Notes: generated by a model not told the origin, from the letters alone. A stretch of 20,794 bases of DNA from Candidatus Bathyarchaeia archaeon (GCA_049513715.1 JBEKVV010000009.1:1-20794), one strand, 5' to 3'. Shown: positions 7,440 through 16,454, counted from the first letter of the stretch. Translations and numbers: made by a program.

Positions 7440-7742
7440 GTGTCTGTGAAGTACTTGAAATTCGCTTTCGGGAAGAAACAGAAGGTCGACGAAGTCGAGC
7501 TGGACAACCTATTTACAGACCTGCAGGGCGTTCTGCTCAAACACCCGTTAGTTCCCAAGGCGAACGTTGACGCCCTCGTCTCTGAGTGGATCAACGACCT
7601 TCTCTTCTTAGCAGGAAAAATCACAGAAGAAGAACTTCAAGAAGCCATGCAATCCTTTGAAAAGCAAGGCGTCGAAGTCACCGCGGAAGCGGACAGCGGG
7701 GACGACAAAGACGACTCCGACGACGATGACGACGACGAATAA
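7440..7742 (+). CDS. Hypothetical protein with acidic C-terminal tail
   Basis: 100 aa, helical core, ends in DSGDDKDDSDDDDDDE. Confidence 0.8.
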   Translation: MSVKYLKFAFGKKQKVDEVELDNLFTDLQGVLLKHPLVPKANVDALVSEWINDLLFLAGKITEEELQEAMQSFEKQGVEVTAEADSGDDKDDSDDDDDDE

Positions 7743-7978
7743 CAGCATCCAGTCACAGCTGGCCCGGTATTGTTTCTACATATTGTAGCGCAAGCCTTGG
7801 CAAGCGAAAAGAAACCATGCGGTGCAAGCAAAACCTAGAACATGCACCATCAACAGAGAGAGCATAAAACCCGCATCATCCTCTTTCTTAGTGCAATATA
7901 TACTGTACTTGCGAAATCTTCTTGCAAGATCCATGTGGCCTTCAGGCGTAGAGGCATAGGTTGCCGGGCCGAGCGCCA

Positions 7979-8557
7979 ATGATAATACAATACGTCTTCG
8001 AAATTTTCTACTTGACCCTCATTGCAACAATCATTGCCTTCATCCTAACATTCTACATGTTATCTGGAAAGCCACCCAAGAACAAGCAAGTCGATAATGA
8101 AAGCAAAGGCGAAAGTGTCGAACCACATGGAATGGAGAGGAGCGAGAGGAGCTGGCTCTACTTTCTCCTCGCGATTGTTTTGATCGGCAATCTCGTCACC
8201 CTGTCACCCCTAATTCCATCCGCTAGCTACGGAATGTGGACACAGTCGACTCCAGTCGAGACGATCACAATCCAAGTGGTGAACTATCACTTCATGATGC
8301 CACAGGTGCCGATCACCGTCCCCGTGGGAAAAGTCGTCGAGTTCATTCTCGTTTCTCATGATGTTACGTACGGGTTCGGGGTCTTCAGAAAAGATGGAAC
8401 TATGGTCTTCCAAATGCAAGTCGTTCCAGAACCATACAAGAATACTTTGCTATGGGTTTTTGACCAGCCCGGATTTTATGATGTGAGATCCACAGAGTAC
8501 AGTGGCCCACTAAGCCCGTTCATGTACCTTCCAGACGCGGTCCACGTGGAGGGTTGA
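7979..8557 (+). CDS. Heme-copper oxidoreductase subunit II (2 TM + cupredoxin) lacking CuA ligands
   Basis: Two TM helices, then ITVPVGKVVEFILVSHDVTYGF..QPGFYDVRSTEYSGPLSPFM. The canonical DVxH and CxExCGxxHxxM are replaced by DVTY and STEYSGPLSPFM. ATG 7979 is preferred as start. Confidence 0.9.
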   Translation: MIIQYVFEIFYLTLIATIIAFILTFYMLSGKPPKNKQVDNESKGESVEPHGMERSERSWLYFLLAIVLIGNLVTLSPLIPSASYGMWTQSTPVETITIQVVNYHFMMPQVPITVPVGKVVEFILVSHDVTYGFGVFRKDGTMVFQMQVVPEPYKNTLLWVFDQPGFYDVRSTEYSGPLSPFMYLPDAVHVEG

Positions 8558-8560
8558 GCG

Positions 8561-10183
8561 TTGAACGAAGATGAACGGAAAATTCTCACGTTAAGGTTCG
8601 TAGTTGTGTCCCTGCTTTTCTTGGGCCTCGGCGGAATAGAGGGCGTAATGATGCGTGGTAGGGTTGACAACCTTGATGTCCCCTTGCTAGGGTTGGATCC
8701 GCAGCACTTCTACGCCATGCTGACTGCGCATCCGTTCGTTTTGATCTACGGATTCGCATACATGGCCGTAATGGGCGCCTTCTACTTCCTCGTCCCGTAT
8801 GTGCTTGGCCGGGATATTTACAGCAAGAAGACTGCGGCCGCTTCATTCTGGCTCATGATTGTGGGGGTCATGATGGTTTGGACGACGTCGTTCGTTACTC
8901 ATTATGCTCCACTCTATACGCTCTACTGGCCGCTTCCCGTAGCGGTTGCGACAGCCGGATGGAATCCGGTCAGTATTCTTCCATTCGGAGTAGGCATGGT
9001 CCTCATCTTCGTGGCGGTGTTAGCGTTCTTCTTCAACATGTTCGCAACAGTCTTCCTTCCACTTCGCCCCGCCACCAGTTCCCGGCCGAAGTCGACTTTT
9101 ATCGCCGGGGAACTGCTTGTGACCGCATTCAGCTTGGACGTGCTCAGAGCCAAGATTCGCGGTGCCCCGAGCTACGTAAGTAAGGTCTTCGCGTTCCCAG
9201 TGTTCGTAGTAGCCGTTTTCAGGGGCTGCGTTGATACAACCATCAACGCACTCATCATGGGCGGGGTAGGAGTTCTACTCTCAACCTACGGAATCTCCTA
9301 CCTAATTCCATCCATTGCGCTTAGTCCAACGTTGATTGACCCGCTCGTCTACAAGAACGTGTTCTGGTGGGGGCTGGACATGATCGCTGACGGAAACGTG
9401 TTAATGTTCACAGCCGCAACATGGTACCTCATAATTCCCCTACTTTTGAATCGAAAACTCTTCGGCGAGAACGTCGTTAGATCTGTGATCCTCGCTGACC
9501 TCTTGGTTTCAATGGGAGTTTGGGGCCATCACGTGATGGCTGATACACCACAACCCCTCGGGCTTCTCGTTGAAGGCCAGATTGTAACATGGGGCGAGCT
9601 TGTTACAATGGGGTTGACAATATTCGCGGTGCTAATGACCCTGTGGCTAGCCCGTCCCGTTAAGTATACTGCGCCTTTGAAGTGGGTGCTCGTTTCCATC
9701 ATGGGCTACGGAATAGGTGGAACTGCTGGCATAATACAGGCCAATTATGCAGTGAACCGCTATTTCCACAACACGCAATGGGTCGTGGGAATCCACGCGC
9801 ACGTGCAACTGCTTCTTGGATTGGGCGCAACAATCTTCGCCGCCATCTACGCACTATTCCCTCTGCTAACTGGCAAACAACTCAACGAGCGACTCTCAAA
9901 TCTGCAACTCATCCTATGGACGGCTGGTGCTCTAGTGATGGGACTTAGCATGGGGGTAGCGGGGGTAAACGGAATGCTGAGACGCATGTTATACATCAAC
10001 GGCTTAGGCCCGTTCCAAGAATACATGAACGCCGCTCTCATCGGGGCCATTATCCTAGCCTCGGGGTACGGTGTTTTCCTATTGAATATCGTACGAGCCG
10101 TAGGCCTCAGAACACTCCTCAGCATATTCTACTCACCTCACAAACCAACTGTAGCAGCCTCAGTTGCCACCCACGCAAGCTGA
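8561..10183 (+). CDS. Heme-copper oxidoreductase subunit I, gNOR-like putative nitric oxide reductase
   Basis: About 12-13 TM helices. Low-spin heme His (LTAHP), WGHH, WVVGIHAH and GMLRR are present; helix VI reads FWWGLDMIAD instead of FWFFGHPEVY. Confidence 0.88.
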   Translation: MNEDERKILTLRFVVVSLLFLGLGGIEGVMMRGRVDNLDVPLLGLDPQHFYAMLTAHPFVLIYGFAYMAVMGAFYFLVPYVLGRDIYSKKTAAASFWLMIVGVMMVWTTSFVTHYAPLYTLYWPLPVAVATAGWNPVSILPFGVGMVLIFVAVLAFFFNMFATVFLPLRPATSSRPKSTFIAGELLVTAFSLDVLRAKIRGAPSYVSKVFAFPVFVVAVFRGCVDTTINALIMGGVGVLLSTYGISYLIPSIALSPTLIDPLVYKNVFWWGLDMIADGNVLMFTAATWYLIIPLLLNRKLFGENVVRSVILADLLVSMGVWGHHVMADTPQPLGLLVEGQIVTWGELVTMGLTIFAVLMTLWLARPVKYTAPLKWVLVSIMGYGIGGTAGIIQANYAVNRYFHNTQWVVGIHAHVQLLLGLGATIFAAIYALFPLLTGKQLNERLSNLQLILWTAGALVMGLSMGVAGVNGMLRRMLYINGLGPFQEYMNAALIGAIILASGYGVFLLNIVRAVGLRTLLSIFYSPHKPTVAASVATHAS

Positions 10184-10230
10184 AGAAGGGCCAACTCTTC
10201 TTTAGCTGAAGCTTCTAACTGCCTTCATGT

Positions 10231-10313
10231 GAGAACTAGATGGAACACAACCCCGAAACCGACCGGGCCCACCGGAGCTATTCTAGTGCCACAGGTCCGT
10301 AAGGTAAAGTATT
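10231..10313 (+). repeat. Family C copy 1 (~83 bp direct repeat)
   Basis: Aligns at roughly 80% by eye to 11646-11727; contains CGAAACCGACCGGGCCCACC (tRNA 3'-end-like) and ACAGGTCCGTAAGGTAAAGTATT. Confidence 0.9.
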
Positions 10314-10544
10314 GAGGGGTTGTGTTTTCGTTGCGTTTTGTAGGTGTGCTCTGTTAATCTGCCTTAGGAACCACATCCTCTCCACCCTTCGTGGATTACT
10401 TGCTTACGGCAAGTTACGAGCCTCCGGGTTTACCATGCGATAAACCACTGAGACTCGATACTAACTGGTTCAAACGAGAGCGCGAGAAGAGGAGGGCGCG
10501 GGACTTCTGCAACGCAGGTGACGGAATCACGTTGACAGGTAGAA

Positions 10545-10732
10545 GTGTATACACCCAACGTTTGGGTGTATACACCCGCGGATGGAAAGGTGCACCCAAA
10601 CATCAGGTGACTGTCACCTTGAAGCCCTCATGTTTCCTGCAGGGCGATAACACCCAATGATTGGGGGTTAACACCCAGTAGGGGGGTACTGCATAGGGAG
10701 CATTGCACCCAATCATCGGGTGCATTACACCT
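10545..10732. repeat. Array of ~8 palindromic GGGTG-Nx-CACCC units
   Basis: Units at 10545, 10564, 10588, 10605, 10642, 10663, 10696 and 10718; perfect 14-bp inverted repeat across 10545-10575. Confidence 0.8.
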
Positions 10733-11017
10733 TGAGGCCCTCACCTGCCCCGCGGAGGGTGTACGAAACGACCGGTATTGTTTCTACATGTTGTGGCGCA
10801 AGCCGCTGATTCTCTTTAGTTGGTGGAGGGCTTAAGGTTGAGCCCGGAGCGGGTTTCCGTAAGTACTGTTTGTTCCGGTGGCGGTCGTTGATTCTCCACC
10901 TTTCAGGGATTAGTCGTAGCGACCAATATCTTAGCGGTGGGATAACCATGTTTTTTCGACGGTCTCGGTGAGGAATTAGCAAGTTGTTTCAAGTTGTTAT
11001 GTGGGAGCGTTGGAAGG

Positions 11018-11197
11018 TTACCCGCCAGTTAATGTCCATGGCTTTAGAACGATGCAGCGCGCAGGCGTCATGCCGCGGCCTTCAATGATTATCTCAAGTG
11101 CTCTGTGACCGCCGGTGTAGGGAACTACTCGCTCTGCCACCTTCTTCCTGCAGTAACACACGATCTTTTTTCCAATGATTTCATTCGCGCCCGGCAT
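11018..11197 (-). CDS. Small basic hypothetical protein (59 aa), possibly a truncated partner of the RHH gene
   Basis: ATG 3 nt after the RHH stop: MPGANEIIGKKIVCYCRKKVAERVVPYTGGHRALEIIIEGRGMTPARCIVLKPWTLTGG. Confidence 0.45.
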   Translation of the reverse strand: MPGANEIIGKKIVCYCRKKVAERVVPYTGGHRALEIIIEGRGMTPARCIVLKPWTLTGG

Positions 11198-11200
11198 GAG

Positions 11201-11530
11201 CTACGCCTCCACTGTAAGGTCTTGCAGTTCTGCTGCTCGGCCTTCCTTTTCGAGTTTCCTGAGCGCCTCAAGAACGTCAAGAACGGAATAGCCGAGTTCT
11301 TTTGCAGCCTCATCCGGCCAGATGAGTCCTCCGCGCTCTCTCATGTACTGGTGAAGTTCCTGCTTCAACTTTCCCGAGCTTGTTTTGGCAACTGTATTGA
11401 GTTCGGATAGGCGGTGCCTCACCGCGTCCCGAACGAAATCACTTGAGTTTATGTACAGGCCAGTTCGCACAAGGCGTCTTATCTGGTCATACTCGACCGA
11501 TGAAAGCTTGGCCGCAACCTGCTTCGACAA
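11201..11530 (-). CDS. Ribbon-helix-helix (Arc/MetJ/ParD-like) plus winged-HTH protein
   Basis: QVAAKLSSVEYDQIRRLVRTGLYINSSDFVRDAVR (RHH), then IWPDEAAKELGYSVLDVLEALRKLEKEG (HTH). Confidence 0.85.
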   Translation of the reverse strand: MSKQVAAKLSSVEYDQIRRLVRTGLYINSSDFVRDAVRHRLSELNTVAKTSSGKLKQELHQYMRERGGLIWPDEAAKELGYSVLDVLEALRKLEKEGRAAELQDLTVEA

Positions 11531-11645
11531 GGCGATTACCTAATGTACACAGGTATACCGATGCAAATAAATCTCTCTTGGCAGAGCGAAACAAACCATT
11601 AGCCCAACAGCAGAACCAACTCCGCCCCAACCTCAACAACCAAAC

Positions 11646-11731
11646 GAGAACAAGACACAACGCAACCCCCAACCGACGGGACCCAGCGGACCTATTTGGT
11701 GCTACAGGTCCGTAACGGTAAAGTATTTTAG
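11646..11731 (+). promoter_or_regulatory. Family C copy 2, ending in the probable BRE/TATA of rpl3
   Basis: Palindrome CGGACCT-N12-AGGTCCG, then GGTAAAGTATTTTAG about 50 nt upstream of the rpl3 TTG. Confidence 0.6.
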
Positions 11732-11779
11732 AGCTGGGCCGGAACTGGCCGGAAGCACAGAGCTAACTTGGTGTAGTCA

Positions 11780-12790
11780 TTGGGTCACAGGAAAGTTCAT
11801 GCACCGAAACGTGGTTCTCTCTCATTCCTGCCTAGGGGACGTGCTTCACGATGGGTAGGCAGGATCCGCTACTGGCCTGACGTTGAAGGGGGGCCGACAT
11901 TGCTCGCGTTTGCTGGATTCAAAGCCGGCATGACGTACGCGATAGCCCTAGACAACCGCGAAGGCTCCTTGACGTACGGGAAGGAAATCGTCGTCTCAAT
12001 GACTGTTCTCGAAACGCCACCAATGCTAGCGTGCGCCCTAAGAGCTTACAGGAAAACCTACGAGGGCCTCCAAACCTTCAGCGAAGCTTGGATGGAGAAG
12101 CCCCCGAAAGATTTCGAACGGATCATCTCGGTTCCTGAGAAATTCAACACGGAAGAGGGCCTCAAGAAGATTGAAGGCAATTTGGACAAGATCGCTGACC
12201 TTAGGTTGCTTTTGGCCACTCAACCCCGCAACGCGAAACGCCCAAAGAAAGCTCCCGACATAGTCGAGGTGAAGATCGGCGGCGGCTCAATCAAAGACCG
12301 GTTCGAATACGGCAAGAAACTTCTCGGATCGGAAGTGAAAGCTTCCGACGTAATCAAAGAAGGACAAGCGGTCGATGCAGTGGGCATAACGAAAGGCAAA
12401 GGAATTCAAGGCCCAGTCAAGCGGTGGGGAATTCGCCGGAAAACTCACAAAGCCCGCAAGACCGTTCGCCAAGTCGGATCCATCGGCGCTTGGACACCGC
12501 ACTACGTCATGTACTCCGTCCCACGAGCAGGCCAGATGGGCTTCCACCAACGCACCGAATACAACAAACTAATCATGAAAATCGGCAACAACGGAAGCGA
12601 AATCACACCGAAGGGCGGTTTTCTACGATACGGAGTGATTAACTCAGATTACGTTGCTGTGAAAGGCAGCGTCCCCGGTACAAGGAACAGGTTGATACTA
12701 CTTCGCCACTCATCGCGAGTAATCCCTGAAGAAAAGGCTGAGGCGCCAAAGATCGAATATCTTAGCGTCATGTCAATACAAGGCGACTAG
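11780..12790 (+). CDS. rpl3: 50S ribosomal protein L3 (uL3, archaeal type)
   Basis: MGHRKVHAPKRGSLSFLPRGRA..FAGFKAGMT..TKGKGIQGPVKRWG..PRAGQMGFHQRTEYNK..KGSVPG. Confidence 0.99.
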   Translation: MGHRKVHAPKRGSLSFLPRGRASRWVGRIRYWPDVEGGPTLLAFAGFKAGMTYAIALDNREGSLTYGKEIVVSMTVLETPPMLACALRAYRKTYEGLQTFSEAWMEKPPKDFERIISVPEKFNTEEGLKKIEGNLDKIADLRLLLATQPRNAKRPKKAPDIVEVKIGGGSIKDRFEYGKKLLGSEVKASDVIKEGQAVDAVGITKGKGIQGPVKRWGIRRKTHKARKTVRQVGSIGAWTPHYVMYSVPRAGQMGFHQRTEYNKLIMKIGNNGSEITPKGGFLRYGVINSDYVAVKGSVPGTRNRLILLRHSSRVIPEEKAEAPKIEYLSVMSIQGD

Positions 12791-12981
12791 AACCAAGCGT
12801 TGAGCGCTTGCAACCCAGTGCCCCTCTCTGCCCGTGAATGTGTGCGCTCGCGTTTTTCGGGCCGTTTACAGGTAAGATAAGGGGACTATGTGCTCTTGGA
12901 GCAGTTGATTTCTGGGTTGATTTCCGTTCCAGGGCAGGTTTGGGTTTGTCCGCGGAAAAAAAGGTGATTCAGAGATCCCCC

Positions 12982-15297
12982 TTAAACGGGAGGAACCTGC
13001 CCGTCTTCCAACGTAATCACGTTCTGAATGTGCTCATCTAAGCCGCCTACGTGGCTGATGATGAAGATCTGCTTGAACTTCTTCGACAAATCCACCGCCA
13101 AGTACTCGAGGATGCTTGACCGCCGAACTTCGTCTGAGCTTCCCAGCGGCTCGTCCAGGAACACAAATTCAGGTTTCTGCCCCTTCACTTCTGGCAGAAG
13201 AGCTAACGCGAATGCAAGCCGCATGGCCAGCAGAAACTGATCTTCCGTTCCTCCGGAATACACGTCGCGGGGCTTGTACTCGCCTGCCTCAGGATCCCAG
13301 ACTTGCAGGTTGTAGTTTTCATCGAGCATGGCCGCTTTGTAGCGTGAGGACGTCAGCGCCGGTAGAATTGCGCCCATGTAGGCTTGAACGTTCGGCCTAA
13401 TCCGGTTCCTGAGCGACTCAGCGGTACCTTGCAGCCCCTCAACCGCCCGCCAAACAACTTGGAGATGACGCTCCAGTTTCTTGACGGCGCCCTCTTGCGC
13501 TTGAACCCGCGAAACAATGTCGCCATGCTCCGCGATGTAATCATCCAACTGGCGGATTCTCTGCTGGTTCTGCTGGAGTTCAGCCTGGAGGCCGGCCATC
13601 TGCCGTCCCAGAGTTTCACGGTTGGTAAGTGTTTTCGTGAACAGTACAGGGGAGAAAGTCACACCATCAGGTAGCTTCGGAAATGAAAGCGAGTTAAGCT
13701 CACCTTCAAGTTCGTGGACCAGCTTCTCAAGCGCAATCAGATCGTCGGAGGAAGGAGTCTTCTGCAATTCTCCTTGGATCGCTTGCTGCTTCGCGCGCAA
13801 CGTGTTCACTGTTTGCTTGTCTTGTGAAGAGGCATGCAGAACCATACTCGCTGCCTGTAGGCTCCCGAGGTTCAAATTCGACTCGAAGACCCCCCCCTGG
13901 GAGGGGGGTAAGCTCTCGCACAGTTGGGCCATCTCTGCCTCAGCCCCAACAAAGCTCAACTTCGCGCGGCTATGCTCATCCTCAGCTTTCTTGAGATCTC
14001 TCCGTTTCCCCTCAAGGAAGCGAAGGTCTCCAATAAGCGACTGATGTTGTACGATGGAACCTCGTGCCGACATTCTTGAAACGGCGAATCCAAGTGGAAC
14101 CATCCCCGCAAGAGCAAGGGCCATGGCAAGGAGCATGGCTCCGACCAAGAAAGCAGAAATGGCAGCTACAAAGAACACGACCGATGCAAGCGTAAAGGGC
14201 ATTATGGGTTTCTTTGCCCTCTCCACCTCCTTCCCAAAGCGTGTCTCGTTAACAAACGAGTGCTTTCGCTCAAGGTCCCTTACCTCCGAATCCAAAGTCC
14301 GCCAAGTTCGTTCTGATGCAGTCAGTTCAGCTGCGCTTGCTTTGGCTGCCTCCAGTTTCGCCTGAATTTTCCCTAGAACGGGTTCGGATTGTCCATAGTC
14401 TCGGAATTTGCTTAGGTCTTTCTCGATACCCTGAAGCTCAATCCTCAGTCGCTCCGTTCGGCGCTTTTGCTCCTCGAGGAGCTTACTCTTGCCATCGACC
14501 TGGGAGCTCAGGTTCTCTTTCTTTCGGAGAACCGAGTCGTATGCGGATAGCGTGTTGCAGAGGGCGCTCGTATCTGCATATTTCGTTTCCAAATTCTTGA
14601 TCGATTCGCTGAGACTCACGTTTTGCTCGAGCAGCTTCTTTCTTTCAGCCTCGCTCTCTCTGAACTCATTGAGTTCCTGTTTGAGGACCTTGAGCTTTTC
14701 CTCTCCAACAGGAACCCGCCCGGGTCGGTTGGGTGTACCTTCTAGGTCTCGTCGTTCTTCGGCCAAGTCCGCCATGACAACGTTGAAGCTTTCTAGGTTG
14801 AGGAAAGCGTTGATGATCTTCCTTCTATCGTCCTTGTTCAGCTCGATGAGTTTGTTGAGTTCTTTCTGCGCTACTACGGTGCTTGAAACGATTTCATGAT
14901 ATGTTATTCCACCCAGGAGTTTCACGATTTCTTCATTAACCCTCTCCTGCCCCACCGCTATGGGCTGGACAGAACCTCTCGCAGTAAGCTCGTCCAAAGT
15001 CGCCCGGGTTGGCTTGGTCTTGAACAGGCGCCTCTTAACACGGAACTTTCTGTCCGCAACCTCAAATTCTAGGCTGACCGAAGCTTCACTGGCCCCATAG
15101 CGAACTAGGTCTTCGTTTCGGGCCTTGGGCGGGCGGATTACTCTGCCGAATAGGGCGTACAGAATCGCGTCCAGCACCGAAGATTTTCCGGATTCATTGA
15201 GGCCCGCGATGAGGGTTATGCCATTGCTGAATTGGACTGGGTCGTCTAATCGCAGCTTCTTGAAGTTCATCGCGTGCAGGCTCAGGAGCCTTACCAA
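12982..15297 (-). CDS. Rad50/SbcC/YhaN-like SMC-family ATPase with central TM hairpin
   Basis: Walker A GLNESGKS, Q-loop VAQ, long coiled coils, signature YSGG, Walker B FLDEP, H-loop ISH; no CxxC hook. Confidence 0.93.
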   Translation of the reverse strand: MVRLLSLHAMNFKKLRLDDPVQFSNGITLIAGLNESGKSSVLDAILYALFGRVIRPPKARNEDLVRYGASEASVSLEFEVADRKFRVKRRLFKTKPTRATLDELTARGSVQPIAVGQERVNEEIVKLLGGITYHEIVSSTVVAQKELNKLIELNKDDRRKIINAFLNLESFNVVMADLAEERRDLEGTPNRPGRVPVGEEKLKVLKQELNEFRESEAERKKLLEQNVSLSESIKNLETKYADTSALCNTLSAYDSVLRKKENLSSQVDGKSKLLEEQKRRTERLRIELQGIEKDLSKFRDYGQSEPVLGKIQAKLEAAKASAAELTASERTWRTLDSEVRDLERKHSFVNETRFGKEVERAKKPIMPFTLASVVFFVAAISAFLVGAMLLAMALALAGMVPLGFAVSRMSARGSIVQHQSLIGDLRFLEGKRRDLKKAEDEHSRAKLSFVGAEAEMAQLCESLPPSQGGVFESNLNLGSLQAASMVLHASSQDKQTVNTLRAKQQAIQGELQKTPSSDDLIALEKLVHELEGELNSLSFPKLPDGVTFSPVLFTKTLTNRETLGRQMAGLQAELQQNQQRIRQLDDYIAEHGDIVSRVQAQEGAVKKLERHLQVVWRAVEGLQGTAESLRNRIRPNVQAYMGAILPALTSSRYKAAMLDENYNLQVWDPEAGEYKPRDVYSGGTEDQFLLAMRLAFALALLPEVKGQKPEFVFLDEPLGSSDEVRRSSILEYLAVDLSKKFKQIFIISHVGGLDEHIQNVITLEDGQVPPV

Positions 15298-16454
15298 GCA
15301 CCTGCGTCCCCCAGTTTAGCTTGGCAGAGCCTCAACGCTTCCTCGAGAATCTCCTTGTCCTCGCCGGAGGCGCTTGAGATGCTGGCGAGGAAGTGACGTC
15401 GCAGTTCCTCGAGAGGCGTTGTTCTCGGAAGAGCGGCCAGCGACTCTGGTGATTCTATCTCTAGCTCATTTTCGTCGATGAGTAGATGGAAGAATTTGCC
15501 TTCCGCGTAGAGAAGTAGCTCGCTTCTTCTGTACCCTGCTAATTGCTCGGCTGTGATCCCGCCTTTCAGCCGTAGCCTAACTATCCCGCTTGGGTTCTTT
15601 GCGTGGTCGATTGCTTCCTTCAACTGCGGCATGGGCGTCTTGCCCTCCGGAAAGAAAACATCAACTGTCTTGAAGTCGCGAGCTGTGGTCTTGATGTGCT
15701 CCTTATTGACAACGCCTTCTTTGCTCAGCTCCAGCCAAGCGAATCCTTTCTCCTCACTCTCCTCCTGAAACGAGGCCCGCTCTGTGCTGCCGGGGTAAAC
15801 TATCGTGGTGTGTTGCAGTTCCTTCGTTTGGTACGCGTGAAAATGCCCAACTCCTACAAGTTGGCAGTTCTGAGGAACTGAGGATAGCTGAATGACAGGG
15901 TCGTCCCGGGCGTACCCGACAAAACCCTCAACTGGGTAGTGGGTGAGGAGAATATTGACGTCACCATCAAACGCCGCTGCAACTGTCTTGAGCGGGTCGT
16001 TCTGAGCTGTCATCAGCGGATTTCTGCTGAGGCCCCCGATTTCCACCTTCAAACCTTCAACCAAGAATTTCCTGATGCTGAAGACGCTTGGGTTCGAGAA
16101 GAAGTGCACATACCCAGAATTTCCGTATACAGCCAGCGGCGAAGAGCCTTCCTCAGCAAGCTTTGGAGTATCATGGTCACCGCTCACAGCCAATATCTCA
16201 ACGCCGAGGTCGTGAACGGCCTTGAGGTCCTCCATCACTCTGGCGCGAATCTGGTTACCTGGCCTAATAGTATCGAACACATCACCACCAAGCAGAACAA
16301 AGTCAGGCCTGTTCCGTTTCGCGAACTCGATGGCTTCTTCAAAGCACCTTAGATGATCCCGCCGGCGCTCGAAACGTTTCGGTCCGAAGGAAAAAGCCGG
16401 TGGGTCAAGATGGTTGTCCGCTGTCAGAAGTATCTGAACACTCACAACGCCCAC
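15291..16454 (-). CDS. Mre11/SbcD-family metallophosphoesterase nuclease
   Basis: ADNHL, GDVFD, GDHD, LTH, GHFH, YPGSTER; overlaps the start of the ATPase gene (translational coupling). Confidence 0.95.
   Translation of the reverse strand: MGVVSVQILLTADNHLDPPAFSFGPKRFERRRDHLRCFEEAIEFAKRNRPDFVLLGGDVFDTIRPGNQIRARVMEDLKAVHDLGVEILAVSGDHDTPKLAEEGSSPLAVYGNSGYVHFFSNPSVFSIRKFLVEGLKVEIGGLSRNPLMTAQNDPLKTVAAAFDGDVNILLTHYPVEGFVGYARDDPVIQLSSVPQNCQLVGVGHFHAYQTKELQHTTIVYPGSTERASFQEESEEKGFAWLELSKEGVVNKEHIKTTARDFKTVDVFFPEGKTPMPQLKEAIDHAKNPSGIVRLRLKGGITAEQLAGYRRSELLLYAEGKFFHLLIDENELEIESPESLAALPRTTPLEELRRHFLASISSASGEDKEILEEALRLCQAKLGDAGAW

Noticed and set aside
7700..7740. GAC trinucleotide repeat
   Set aside because: Simply encodes the poly-Asp tail.
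8561..10183. Ordinary aa3/ba3 cytochrome c oxidase, or a pseudogene
   Set aside because: The HPxVY His/Tyr and CuA ligands are absent, yet both ORFs are intact with coherent substitutions.
10290..10310. SRP RNA helix 8 resemblance (CAGGTCCGTAAGG)
   Set aside because: Lacks the following AGCA and the rest of the SRP fold; it belongs to a dispersed repeat.
10545..10732. CRISPR array (also considered for 1785-1937)
   Set aside because: No constant 24-47 nt repeat with unique ~35 nt spacers, and no cas genes in the window.
12795..12960. Possible structured element after rpl3 (CAACCCAG/CTGGGTTG)
   Set aside because: Only short inverted matches; cannot be distinguished from a terminator region or chance.
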